From: Octopus sinensis
Taxonomy: Eukaryota
Reading direction: 5' to 3'
Assembly: GCF_006345805.1 (NCBI RefSeq)
Contig: NC_043014.1
Location: forward strand, 23,932,001 to 23,996,000
DNA length: 64,000 nucleotides
Positions within the stretch are counted from its first letter, which is position 1, and each line of letters opens with the position of its first letter. The notes beneath the pieces were generated by a model, which worked only from the letters and a program-made list of their open reading frames with translations, was not told the origin of the DNA and searched no databases. Positions 49,570-62,619 of the stretch are shown here, in pieces. Both the position numbers and the translations under genes were made by a program.

Positions 49570-51290
49570 ATTTTTGACCAAAGATTGGTCTAGACCATGT
49601 CTAACTTAATAGCACCACCTGATAGGATTATCTAAATCCCTTTTTAAGTCAAGTTATGTGGTATTATGGTCCATTCAAGTAGTGAGTTCTTATTGAGTGA
49701 GTTGTATCCAGGTATGGGTGGCTTATCTGGTATTCCTTGAAGAAATTTGTCCAGACTCTGTTTAAAAGTGATGGGATCCTTTTCCTCTTTGATCAGTTAT
49801 GGGACAATGTTAAACAGGGCAGGGCCTGTTGAGGAAAAGAGATTGTGTTGCAGTGTACCTATATGTTGTGATCCTGAATTGGGCAGAGGATGTATGGCCC
49901 ATGGTCCCAGCCTTGGATGAACCTTGAAGATAATGTTCAGGTCGTTTGGGCAATGCTGCAGTATATTCTCCACATCATGCAAATGAGGGACCGCTCACGG
50001 CGGTGCTGGAGAGAGTAGAGTTTCAAGGATTTAAGGAGGTCCCAGTAATTGAGATCAGTTATGCCCTTAATTCGTTTAGTGAGTGCCCTCTGGGGTGATT
50101 CAACTTTCAAGATATTTTATTTTGTATGGGGAGACCACAGGAGGCAACAGTATTCGAGGAGGAGAAAAATGGAATAGTGGAATAATGACACCTTGTTCTC
50201 TGGACCAGAAGGTTCTTAAGATCCAGGAGTTCATCTTACGAGCTATATTGACCTTATTGCTGATGTTGGCACTCCAATTGAGATTGTTACCAACAATTAC
50301 TCCTAGGTCTCTGATATTATTAGATGCTATGAGTGGTTTCCCTGTTTTAGTATAGTCTTTCTTCCAAAATGCATCAGCTCAAATTTTCCTTGTTTAATTG
50401 CATTTTGTTTTTGTCTGCCCATTCACTCACAGCATATAGATCAGACTGGAGTTGAGTTCAGTCTTCTTCATTGATGATTTGCTGGAGCTTAGTGTCATAA
50501 GCAAATATTTTCACTTTGCAGTGATTTACAACGCTGGAAAGGTCATTTATGTAGATTATAAAGAGAAGCAGGCCCAAGACAGTCCCCTGAGGGACACCAC
50601 TGTTGACTTTTGCTGGGATTGAGTGGACTCCACTGACCAGAACATGTTGTGTTCTATTCACCAGGAAATACTCAATCTAGTGTAGAAGCTTTCCACGGAT
50701 TCCAACATTTGCCAATTTTGAGAGTAAGATATTATGGTCAACACTGTTGAATGCTTTACCAAAGTCAAAATATATGACATCAGAGTTCAAACCTGTTCCC
50801 AAGGCTTTAAGTATATCCTCAATGTGGTATAAGAGCTCTGTTAGACAGTCCCTGCCACAGTGAAAGCCATGCTGATTTGCATTTAGGAGTTTGTGGATCT
50901 CCAGGAAGCCAGCTATCCTTGATCTTACCAATCTTTCAAACACTTTCATGATATAGGAGGTGAGTGAGATTGGGCAATAGTTGACTGCGAGGAATCTGTT
51001 TCCTTGCTTGAAAACTGGGATGACAGACTTGGTTAGGAGCTGTTTCGGTATATAACCTGAATCTAAAAAATTTCTCCGGAGGTTGGTCAGAGGGACTGCA
51101 AATTGGTGTCTACATTCCTTCAGGAGACTAGCGAGGAAACTTTTTACCCTTACCCATTTACTACATTCAGTAGTGTAATTTCCATGCAATGAAAACACAC
51201 TTGTATATTGATAATTGGGTATTCTACGAGCAGTATATTGGATAGATATTATCCCTTTGTTGGTTGGATTCACAACCTCTAACTCTCTTG
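49570..51290 (-). mobile_element. Second CR1-like LINE, AT-rich, 5'-truncated and decayed
   Basis: NQHGFHCGRDCLTELL, DVIYFDFGKAFNSVDH, SGVPQGTVLGLLLF and FAYDTKL motifs. Confidence 0.9.
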
Positions 51291-51324
51291 GAATTCTAGG
51301 AGAGTTAGAGGTTGTGAATCCAAC
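51263..51324. repeat. 62-bp spacerless palindrome at a LINE-LINE junction
   Basis: 25-bp perfect arms GTTGGATTCACAACCTCTAACTCTC with a GAATTC centre and 2 non-Watson-Crick pairs. Confidence 0.95.
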
Positions 51325-51326
51325 AA

Positions 51327-54300
51327 GATTTTCTGGGCGGGGAACACTGACGGGTTTGGAGGCGTGGGTATACTTCTAGCTGAAAAATGGGTAGATAAGG
51401 TAATAGAGGTAATCAGAGTAAGTGACAGAATACTTAAGATTAGATTAGTGCTACATCATGGATTAGCAACTATTATATTGACCTATGCCCCTCAGCTGGG
51501 GCTACCCGATGGACAAAAAAGACCGATTCTATGACACCCTACTGCAGACTACCTTGTTGACGAATGACAGAGACCTTCTCTTTGTGGCTGGTGACTTCAA
51601 TGGTCATGTTGGACGACATGCTGGGGGCTTCCATGGTGTACATGGGGGCTATGGTTATGGTTCCCACAATGAGGAGGGAGCCAGGCTGCTAGAGTTCTGC
51701 GATGCAAATGATCTTATGGTTTGCAACACTAACTTCAAGAAACCTACCAGCCACCTAGTCACCTACCGAGCCGACACACCAACCAAATTGACTACATCCT
51801 TGCCAGGAAGAGAAAGATGGCTGCTTATAAATGCCAAAACCTTCCCAGGCAAAGAATGTACCCCACAACATAAACTGGTAGTTAGTGACTTTAGGATCAG
51901 GACTAAGAGGACGACCAACATGGAGAAGAAGGATCTGGAAGCTTAAAGATCCTGCGAATGGATAGAGACTTAGGGACATATTACTTGAAGCCTTTGACAA
52001 AGTAGAAGGGGATATAGCTTCACATGGGGTAGAAGATAACTGGAGCTCTCTAAGGGACAACCTGCTGACAGCCACGGACCAGATCTGTGGCTGGTGCAAA
52101 GTCCCCTCTCGAGCCAAAATAACGTGGTGGTGGAACAATGTTGTAGACAGGGCCATTAAGGACTGGAAAAATGGTGGTAGCAGGAAACTGTATCAGACTA
52201 CCAAAAGAGAAGCTAGGAGACAGGTTTATTTAGCCAGAAGGGAAGTAGATAAGAAGAAATTTGCCAATGTTCTGCACCGTGAGGACCAAAGACTTGAGGT
52301 TATTCTGTGTTGCAAGACAGTGTGTGAGAGAGAATCGTGATGTGGTAGGAGAGAAATGTGTTCGCATGGATGATGGTTCACTTGCGCTAAATGAGGATGC
52401 AAAGAGAGTGGTTTGGAGACATCATTATGAGAGGCTGCTAAATAAGGAAAATGAATGGGATAAAGAGAGTCTGCCAAATGTCGACCCAACAGAGGGACCA
52501 GCTATCCGAGTTGACAGTTCCTTAGTAGTTAAGGCAATTAGAAGCATGAAGACAGGGAAAGCCCCAGGCCCATCAGGAATTACTGCAGAGATGCTTAAAA
52601 TATCTGGTAGTGTTGGCTATAGCCTAGTCACCCAAATAGTTAACCAGGTAATACACGAAGGAGTCATACCCAATGACTGGTGTAGCAGCATAATAGTCAA
52701 CTGCTACAAAGGTAAAGGTGATGCTTTAGATACAAATAATTACAGAGGTATCAAGCTGTTGGATCAGGTAATGAAGGTTACGGAGAGGGTCATAGCCCAA
52801 CTGATTAGGGAGTGAGTCTGCTTGGATGAGATGCAGTTTGGTTTCGTGCCAGGAAAAAGCACCACTGATGCCATATTTCTGGTGAGACAGCTGCAGGAGA
52901 AATACCTAGCCAAGGATAAGCCCCTGTACCTGGCTTTTGTCGACATGGAGAAAGCCTTTGACAGGGTCCTCTGATCCTTTATCTGGCGGTCAATGAGGAA
53001 ACTAGGGATAGATGAATGGTTAGTGAGAGCTGTGAAAGCCATGTACAGAGACGCTGTAAGTAAGGTGAGGGTTGGCAACGAGTACACTAAAGAATTCAAA
53101 GTAGAGGTAGGGGTCCACCAAAGTTCAGTCCTCAGCCCCCTCCTATTTATCATAGTCCTCCAGGCAATAACGGAGGAATTCAAGACAGGATGCCCCTGGG
53201 AGCTCCTCTATGCTGATGACCTTGCTCTAATTGCTGAGTCACTATCAGAACTAGAGGCAAAGTTTCAAGTGTGGAGACAAGGATTAGAATCGAAGGGCCT
53301 TAAGATCAACTTAGCTAAAACCAAAGTCTTAATATGTAGGAAGGCAGGCAAATCATAAACGCCTTCAGGTAGATGGCCCTGCTTGATCAGTAGAAAAGGC
53401 GTAGGTAGAAACTCTATAAGATGCACCAAGTGTAAGCTATGGACACATAAGAGGTCCAGCAATGTCAAAGGAAAACTAACTGGGAAGATAGTTTTTGTAT
53501 GTGGCAGATGCTCAGGAGCAATAAACACTGAAAATGCTCAGAGACCAACTTCTGCCACATTCCAGGGAGAAAAACTAGAAGTAGTTGATAGCTTCCATTA
53601 CCTAGGTGACCGAGTCAGTAGCGGGGGCGGGTGTGCTGAAAGTGTAGCTGCTAGAGTAAGAATAGCTTGGGCAAAGTTCAGAGAGCTCTTACCTCTGCTG
53701 GTGACAAAAGGCCTCTCGCTCAGAACAAAAGGCAGACTGTATGACGCATGTGTACGAACAGCATGCTACATGGCAGTGAAACATGGGCCGTGACTGCTGA
53801 GGATATGCATAAGCTCGCAAGAAATGAAGCCAGTATGCTCCGATGGATGTGTAATGTCAGTGTTCATACTCGACAGAGTGTAAGTACCTTGAGAGAAAAA
53901 TTGGACCTAAGAAGCATCAGTTGTGGTGTGCAAGAGAGACGTTTGCGCTGGTATGGTCATGTACCGAGAATGGATGAAGATAGTTGTGTGAAAAAGTGCC
54001 ATACCCTGGCGGTTGAGGGAACCTGTGGAAGAGGTAGACCCAGGAAAACCTGGGACGAGGTGGTGAAGAACGACCTTTGAACTTTAGGTCTCACCGAGGA
54101 AATGACCAAAGACCGAGACCTTTGGAAGTATGCTGTGCGTGGGAAGACCAGGCAGGACAAGTGAGACCATAACCCATGTCCTCTACCTGGGATGTAGCCA
54201 GCCCACTTATGCATACCTTTCCTTCTTGTGACACAAACCCTACTTGTGAAGACCTGTTGAGGCAAGTGAAAATCGAAATCGAAATCTTTCAACATCAATG

Positions 54301-54702
54301 GAAATTGTAGCTGAGATACCAGTGCCGGTGGCACGTAAGAGAACCATCCGAACATGGCCGTTGCCAGCGCTGCCCCGACTGGCCTCTGTGCCGGTGGCAC
54401 GGAAAAAGCACCATCCGATTGTGGCCGTTGCCAGCCTCGTCTGGCCCCCGTGCCGGTGGCACATAAAAAGCACCATCCGATCGTGGCTATTTGCCAGCCT
54501 CGTTTGGCACCTGTGCAGGTGGCACATAAAAAGCACCCACTACACTCTTGGAGTGGTTGGCGTTAGGAAGGGCATCCACCTGTAGAAACACTGCCAGATG
54601 AAACTGGGCCTGGCGCAGCCTTCTGGCTTCCCAGACCCCAGTTGAACCGTCCAACCCATGCTAGCATGGAAAACGGACGTTAAACGATGATGATGATGAT
54701 GA
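51327..54702 (+). mobile_element. RTE LINE copy C (PHD-finger family), longest copy: endonuclease, RT, PHD, 3' UTR, (GAT)n tail
   Basis: VAGDFNGHVG, YKGKGD, VDMEKAFD, GVHQSSVLSP, YADD; 3' UTR with ~62-bp subrepeats (54330-54540); ends TTAAACGATGATGATGATGAT. Confidence 0.95.
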
Positions 54703-54704
54703 TA

Positions 54705-54748
<44 letters not shown>

Positions 54749-54769
54749 TATATATATATATAGGCTCAA

Positions 54770-56930
54770 GCAGTGCTGAGATTTTAAGAAATTCGCATGT
54801 GTGTGGAGTTGACATGTGTGGAAAAGTGTTGCTTTAGCAACCAGCTAGCTCCCAGTAACTCTCTTCTGTTGTTGATCTTAGGTTTCTTTTGGTGTATGAG
54901 GATGACCTGAGAGATCCTAGGTTTGCCTCTGTTCTGCTGTGTTGCCTTGATGTGCACTGTGAATTCCTGGGCCTGTTTCTTCATGGAAGTGTCTGCCTGC
55001 ATGTGTTCCTTAATGCGTATATACAGTTTTCTTGTTGTGCTTCCTATGTAGGATGCACCACATTTGCCACATTTGAGTATAGCTAGTTCGTGGTTGTGAG
55101 AGGGAAGGTGGAGTGGGTTATCGAGGTGGTAGACGGGGAATCCAAGTATAGCAGAGGAGGAGGTAGAAGAGATGACAATGATGATAAAGAAGACTGCGAA
55201 GATGACGATGAGGAAGAAGTAGGGAGGGGGAAGGGGAGATAGGAGTAGATGATGACGATAACACTGATGAAGATGGTAAGGATGGTGATAGAGAAGATGA
55301 TGTAGAGGGTAATATTGGCGATGATGTCAACAGTGAAGATATTGGCTGCAATGACGATGAAGTGGGGAGAGGGGGTTTAAGGGCTGTAACCATTCCACTC
55401 CTTCTAGCAACACTGGTGACAATATTCCTCACATCCACCAACAGAGACAGATTAAATTCTACCGCTAACTCCACCAACAACAATTACTACCACCATCCCA
55501 ACACCTCCACTAACACCAACAACAATATACTCCACATTGACCAACAAAAATATAACAGCTTAAATGCTCCAACCACCACCACCATGACAGCCATAGCAAT
55601 GACTGACCAGCCACTGAACTCTATGCACCCTACTACCACCACCACCTAATATATCCATACCTATGATGGCCACTGTTGCTGCTGCTAACAATACTCTGGT
55701 TACAGATCTTACTGGTTCTCTCACACAGGAAGAGAAACAACTGCTAAGCTATGGACCCAAATTCATTCTAACACAAAAACTCAATAACAAATTGAAACTG
55801 AAGATAGAGATCAACTTCTGTCACACAGCTTACCAACTAAAATGGATTACGGCCCTTAAACCCCCTCTCCCCCCTCATTATCTTCGTCTTCATTGTCATT
55901 GCTGCCAATATCTTCACTACCGACATCATCGCCGATATTACCCTCACCATCATCTTCTCCATTACCATCCTTACCATCTTCATCAGCATCATCATCATCA
56001 TTTACCCTTTTACCTCCTATCTCCTCCTCCCCCTCCACCTTCCTCATCATCATCTTCACTGCCTTCATCATCATCGTCATCTCTTTCTTCTTCTTCTACC
56101 TCCTCCTCCGCTATACTTAGATTCCCCGTCTACCACCTCGATAACCCACTCTACCCTCCCCCTTACAACCCCAAACTAGCTAGACTCAAACAACCTGGAC
56201 CTAAGCTTTTTAAGACCATAGTATCAAGAATTAACGGTCCTTTCTATACAATTTCTTGGCTCCTCTCTAAACTCCTCAAGCCCTTACTAAATGCATTCCC
56301 CAGACACATCAGCAGTTCCCACGAAATCTTCATAAGACTCAAAGATATCGACCCTCCATACTTAAAACTAACAAATACCCTTTTAGTTTAGACGTAGTTT
56401 CCCTCTAAACCTCTGTACCTGCTCTCCCAGCCAGATATCCTCATAGACTGCATCACATATAAACAACAATTGCAGCAATGTGATCGACAAGGCCATCAAC
56501 ACCAAGCAGTTCCTCAGAGACCTAACCCTGAATGGCTAGCCCTTCCCTGAGAAAAGCTCTGTCTAACACCAATACCTCTCACTACTCCAAGGAGTGTACA
56601 TTATCGAACGACCTGGAATTGTGCCAGAGGCAAATGTGGTGCATCCTACATAGGAAGCACAGCAAGAAACTGCATATATGCATTAAGGAACACATACAAG
56701 CAGACACTTTCATGAAGAAACACCTATGGAAATGCCAGACCCAGGAATTCACAGTGCACATCAAGGCAGCACTGCAGAACAGGAGCAACCTTAGAATTTC
56801 TGAGGTCATCCTTATGCACCAAAAGAAATGTAAGATCAACAACAGAAGAGAGTTACTGGAAGCAGGCTGGTTGCTATAGTAACACTTTTCCATGCATGTC
56901 AACTCCACACACACACACATTGACAACATT
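54770..56930. mobile_element. Rearranged Penelope-like element with inverted partial copy
   Basis: Plus strand 55390-56930 carries LSYGPKF, IVSRINGPFYTISWLLSKLLKPL, LDVVSL (RT) and GVY...CGASYIG...IKEH (GIY-YIG). Minus strand 54770-55385 repeats the low-complexity block and GIY-YIG. Confidence 0.8.
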
Positions 56931-58001
56931 TATTTTTTTTCTTGAAAATGGGATCATAACCCTGAAATTTGAATTCAAGGTAAGTTTACATTAATTCATA
57001 TATTTGTTTTCTTGTGATTTACCTTGCATTGTTTAGGCCTTACTCACAATCCTTTATACAAAATATTCTACACAGTGCTTCATAGTAATTATTCCATTGT
57101 AATATATATATATATATGTGTATGTATGTATATGTATATATATATAGATGTGTGTATTTCTCCCTTGTTTATAATTAATATTATATACCATATAACTCTA
57201 TATACCAGTGTAAAATTACTTCAGGTACCAATGTCTTTTTTTATATAGGTAGTTCTTCTCAGTTATCTAAAATAATTTCTAATCATTACTCTACATTTAG
57301 GGATAGTAATAAATGTAACAGTACAGGGCTTAGTAAATTTGGTATCTAAAAGACAATTTAATTTAGATTGGTAGATTATCTCCATTTCATTCCCATATGA
57401 TAAAGGCAAAGAATTTTGTAAACTCTCATTGTGAACTATTTTCTATTCTTTTTTCTAAGAATCCCCTTGTAAACATGGTTATAGAGCGTGCTTATCGATG
57501 CAAACATATCTTTAGTTCATATAAGTGATATCTACCATTATATATAATGTGAACATTGATTTTCTTTTTACATTTCACTTCCACTAGATATATCTTTTTC
57601 CATATAGTTCTATATTTCCCATTTATTTGATTTCTGCTTTTTTCTTTCCTTTACTCCTCCTCTTTCTATAGGCTACCTTTGACATTATATCCTCTGACAT
57701 TTTTTAAAAAGAACTTAATAGCGTTCCATTCATCATTATACATATCCATCACATTCTGTTAAAATGTCTTATTGATGAGTTTGTTTTATTTCTTCATTTC
57801 CCTGAAGAGAAGATTACATTGTTTTACACCATTTTATTCCTTTGGAATTATACCAATGTTGTCTTCAAAACATGTGTTGGAAGTAAAAGAATTTGAATGA
57901 CATCTGCATTTAACTCCATTTATTTATTTACATATCAGTCGCCATGATAGATCGTTAGCCACTACACACATTTTTTTTCTCTCCTTGTTTTTTCTGTGTA
58001 C

Positions 58002-58037
58002 CTTTCTGTAGAAGAGTGTAGGCTCGAAACATAAAAG
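58002..58037 (+). ncRNA. Hammerhead-like motif with variant core, in a short dispersed-type repeat (~57925-58135)
   Basis: CUUU-CUGUAGA-A-GAGU(GUAG)GCUC-GAAA-CAUA-AAAG: stems I and II pair, but the core deviates (A6 to U) and stem III is mismatched. Confidence 0.4.
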
Positions 58038-58189
58038 ACTTTTTTCTATTCCTGAGCGTTATACTAATACATCTGTTTGTTTTGTACACCACCTGTCTTC
58101 GTCTTTTGTTTTTTCGTAAACTTTCCCTATATATGATGGATATATACATATATATACAGGTGTATATATATATATATGAGTGTGTGATG

Positions 58190-59352
58190 GGCGTCTTTTA
58201 GTTTCTGTCTACCAAATCCACTTACAAGGTATGGTCAGTCTGAGGCTATAGAAGACATTTACTCAAGGTGCTATGCACTGAACCTAGAACCATGTGGTTA
58301 GGAAGCAAGCTTCTTACCACACAGCCACAACTGTGCCTATATTGATGCCTTTGAATATTTTCCCCCCATAAACACATTTTATGGAATCATTGCTGGGATT
58401 TAGGTAACAAAAAAAAATTGTAATTTAAATTTTTAATCCGTCATCCTGCACAAAATATGTGTGTGTGTGTTTAAGAAAAAATATTTACTATTTTAAACAG
58501 AATGAAAGCAATGCGTGAGAGATAATAGAGAGAGAGAGAGAGAGAGAGAGTGTGTGTGTGTGTGTGTGGTAAATAATAGAGAGAGAAGTAAAATATTTTT
58601 CTCATAAACAAATACTCTGTATACATTTGACACATACTCTCACTCTCTATAAACATATATAACTCACATTATCTGTGTGTGTGTGTGTGTTTAAATAATT
58701 TCATTAGGGCGACGCTGATTTAAAAAAGGTATGGAAAAGATAATTCATTTTAATAGCATACTTTTCTGTTAATAAATGCATTTTTCTCTCTCACATACAC
58801 ACTTAGTGCAGGCTGGAGAATTAAAAATTTAGCATGCGTGACATAATGCTTAAAGGCATTTCATCAGGATTTGTACTTGATAGCTGTGATAAAATGAAAG
58901 AAAACATGGTAAACAAGGTTTTAAACAGAATTGATCACCTAGGGGGCAATGTTTTGTTTTGACTTCCACAAATGCCATTTGAACCCCAGCTGGTTGTTTG
59001 TTAATTTCCATAAAAATTGTTTAATTATTTACTTGTTTTCATGACCTGTGGAAGGCGACATTTGCTTTGAAGTGAGAGCAGAAAGTGAAAGATGTATGTA
59101 CATGCATATGAAATGGAAGTGTGTGTGTGAGGGCAAGACAGAGAGAGAGAGAGAGAGAGCAAGTGCCACTTAGACATACATGCAAAAATATGTGAGAGAT
59201 ACATACATCTTTTTTGTAAGTATGTGTGTGTGTGTGTCACACATGCAAAAAAATACATACATCAGAACACACACCTTCACTCACTCTCTCTCACACACAC
59301 ACACCTACAAAAAAGATGTATGCATATGTATTTATGTAAGTGTATATTAAAA

Positions 59353-59383
<31 letters not shown>

Positions 59384-59780
59384 CGAGTGAGTACCACTTA
59401 CACATACACACAAAAAAATACAACACACACCTTCAATCAATCACTCTCTCTCTCTCTCATGCACACACACACACACGTATATTTGGTGTGGGGTGGAGGA
59501 TTAAAAATTTAAATTTCAAATTTTATATTTTTCTGCTGCTTAAATCCTAGCAATGGACTGCCACATCATCATTCCATAAAATGTGTTTATGGGGAGAAAA
59601 TATTTAAAAACAACAGGATAGGCACAGGTGTGGCTATGTGGTAAGAAGCTTGCTTCTCAACCACATGGTTTCAGGTTCAGTCCCAGTGCATGGCACCTTG
59701 AACAAATGTCTTCTACTATAGCTTTGGGCCGACCATAACCTTGTGAGTGGATTTGGTAGACAGAAACTGAAAGAAGTCTA
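58190..59780. repeat. Inverted local duplication: SINE plus ~200 bp flank on each arm
   Basis: 58190-58465 matches the reverse complement of ~59465-59780, including non-SINE CCCCATAAACACATTTTATGGAAT and AAATTTAAATTTTTAATCC. Confidence 0.85.
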
Positions 59781-59784
59781 TCAT

Positions 59785-59836
<52 letters not shown>

Positions 59837-61254
59837 ATGTATATATCAGTAACAACTCCAGCACTTGGGCTGTTAGGGCTTAGCCCAAGTATAAATTTAG
59901 TAATGTGAACAGGCATGTAATTGCAGCCCATAACTTGGGCTCCTTTTATTGAGCCTGGTTGCAGTTCATTTACTTTTGTTCAGTGTCTGGCAGTCGTCTT
60001 AGAGGTGCCCTGTGTCAAAAAACATCTTTCGTAGCAGAAGTTCTCTCAACATCGTTCACACACACCGGACTCGGGCTCAGAAGCTACATCCCAAGTTGTT
60101 ATCTATAATCGTAAAAATTAAAAGTAATTCAAATTCAATGTTTTCTTGAAACAATAAATTTCTATAGAGATTAGGATTTAAATTCCAATCTATGAAAAGT
60201 TTCCATTCTACAATATTCTTAAAGGAACAAAAAATTATCCAGCAACTTGGGCTAATATGAATGAGCTTGGTAGGTGTAAAAGACTAACTGGCATCTCTTG
60301 TCAAGAGTACAGGTAACACTCAGGTCAGTGATGTTTGTTGTGCACTCCTGTCATTATTTGATTGCTGTGCGTCTGTGTGTAAAGGTCAGTTGTGTTTTGT
60401 TTTATTTTTACCCTTAACTTAGAAATGGAGGAAGATATAGTGTTAGATATAAAAAATAGCCATTTGGGGCTAGAAATATTACGGAAAAACATGAAATTCT
60501 TCGAGCAGGCATGTGTCATGTGAAATCTGTGATGAACCCGAGTGATGCTAAAGACCTGGAGTTGCTTATTTGAAATCGAATCTAAGAATTCTTGGTTGCG
60601 AAATCAACCTGCTATTTGCTGACTAAGCGGGAAGATCACTTTGTCCTGTCAAAGCGAACATTCACATGTTTCCACTTGACCCACGACCTTGCTGTGTCAG
60701 GGAAAGTTCAAATCGACAGCAAGTGACCTAAATGTGTATAGGCTACTCTTATAATGGTATATCCATCTTTCTAGCTGGAATGGGCCATTATAAGTACCAG
60801 TGCTCCACAAGCAGAAAATTAGAGAGAGCCTCGACCACCACACTGTGAACTGTTCCTAACTCCTGCAACCAAACATGACAACAGCGACAACTACAATTTG
60901 GCAGAAATGAATACAGCTGTCCCATCAGTTACTCTCTGACTCTCTCACTGACTTACTAGCATCTTCACTCTATCAACTGCTGAGAATGACAGGGTCTATA
61001 TAAGTTTTACCCTATCAACTTTATGAATTTCCAGCCACATACTTTCATTCTTTCCCTTTTTCACATCAATATCTAGCAGACCAACTGAAACCCACGAAAC
61101 CAACCCAAACCACAAGAAATCAACTGGTTTGAATACTGTTTGTTTACATGTATGCCTACTTGTTGTGGTTTGGAATTCTGAAAAATTAATAGAGAATAAA
61201 ATTTGGTTGTAACAACTTCAGCCACTGTCTTTCTTTCCTGGAAGTGTGCATACA

Positions 61255-62305
61255 TGACAGAGTGTAAGCACCCTGAGCGAAAAGTTGGATTTAAGAAGCA
61301 TCAGATGTGGTGTGCAAGAGAGATAACTGTGCTGGTATGGTCATGTGTTGTGAATGAATGAGGACAGCTGTGTGAAAAAGTGTCACACCCTAGCAGTTGA
61401 GGGAACCAGTGGAAGAGGCAGACCTAGGAAAACTTGGGATGAGGTGGTGAAGCACGACTTCTGAACATTGGGCCTTATCTAGACAATGACTAGTGACCGG
61501 GACCTTTGGAGATATGCTGTGCATGAGAAGACCTGACAAGCCAAGTGAGACCATAGCCCATGGCCTATGCCAGTGGGTGTAACCAGCCCATTTATGAATA
61601 CCCCTCATTCATTGGACAATAAACCTTGCTTGTGAAGACATTTTGAGGGAAGTGAAATCAAAATCAAAATCAAAATTGCTGACGTTGCTGACAACAGTAC
61701 CACCTGATTGGTACTCATGCCAGTGGAATGTTAAAAGCACATCCGAACGTGGGATGTAACCAGCCCACTTATGAGTACCCTTCATTCATTGGACAATGAA
61801 CTTTGCTTGCGAAGACCTATTGAGGCAAGTGTAAACAAATCAAAATTGCTGACGTGGCCAATGACAGTACCGCCTAATTGGCACTCACGCCAGTGGAATG
61901 TTAAAAGAAGCATATCTGAGTGTGATCGTTGCCAGGGCCATGGATTGGCTCCTGTGCCGGTGACACATGAAAAGCACTACTCGAGCGTGATCATTGCCGG
62001 TGGCATGTAAAAAACAACATTCAAGCATGGTCGTTGCCAATGCCACCGGACTGGCTCCCATGAAGGTAGCATGTAAAAAAAACCTTTTGAGCGTGGTTTT
62101 TGCCAGAACCGCCTGACTGGCCCTCGTGCTGGTGGCACATAAAAAGCACGCACTACGCTCTCGGAGTGGTTGGCATTAGGAAGGGCATCCAGCTGTAGAA
62201 ACTTTGCCAGATTAGATTGAGCCTGGTGCAGCCTCTGGCTCACCAGTCCTCAGTCAAACCATCCAACCCATGCCAGCATGGAAAGCGGACATTAAATGAT
62301 GATGA
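61255..62305 (+). mobile_element. RTE 3' fragment with duplicated 3' UTR segment and (GAT)n tail
   Basis: Decayed LRSIRCGVQER..WYGHV; ~160-bp duplication at 61565/61735; ends ATTAAATGATGATGAT. Confidence 0.85.
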
Positions 62306-62329
62306 TATACAAATATGTGTGTGTGTCTT

Positions 62330-62545
62330 TGTGTCTGTGTTTGTCCCTATCACCACTTGACAACTGGTGTTGGTGTGGTTAGGTTCCCATAACTTAGCAG
62401 TTTGGATAAAAGAGACTGATAGAATAAGTATTAGGCTTAAGAAATTAGTCCTGAGGTCGATTTATTCAACTAAAACCCTTCAAGGCAGTGCTCTAGCATG
62501 GTCGCAGTCAAATGACTGAAACAAGTAAAAGAATAAAAGAATATA
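62330..62545 (+). mobile_element. SINE 3' half
   Basis: GACAACTGGTGTTGG...CATGGTCGCAGTCAAATGACTGAAACAAGTAAAAGAATAAAAGAA tail. Confidence 0.8.
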
Positions 62546-62619
62546 TGACAAAGAAATAAAGAAGGTACCGAGTGGTCGTGGGATGTGCTAGAAACAACAG
62601 CAAAATCTCCCTTAAATCA

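Noticed and set aside
55663-56391. 242-aa His/Ser/Pro-rich ORF as a host gene
   Set aside because: Its flanks are Penelope RT motifs and the middle is a low-complexity insertion.
60749-60795. Small hairpin CTTATAATGG...CCATTATAAG (miRNA-like?)
   Set aside because: Only a 10-bp perfect AT-rich stem with an irregular interior; expected by chance.
61100-61185. Strong minus-strand acceptor (TTTTATTCTCTATTAATTTTTCAG) as an upstream LAP2-like exon
   Set aside because: No convincing donor or recognisable peptide in any frame; other candidates near 60100, 60730 and 59050 hit stops.
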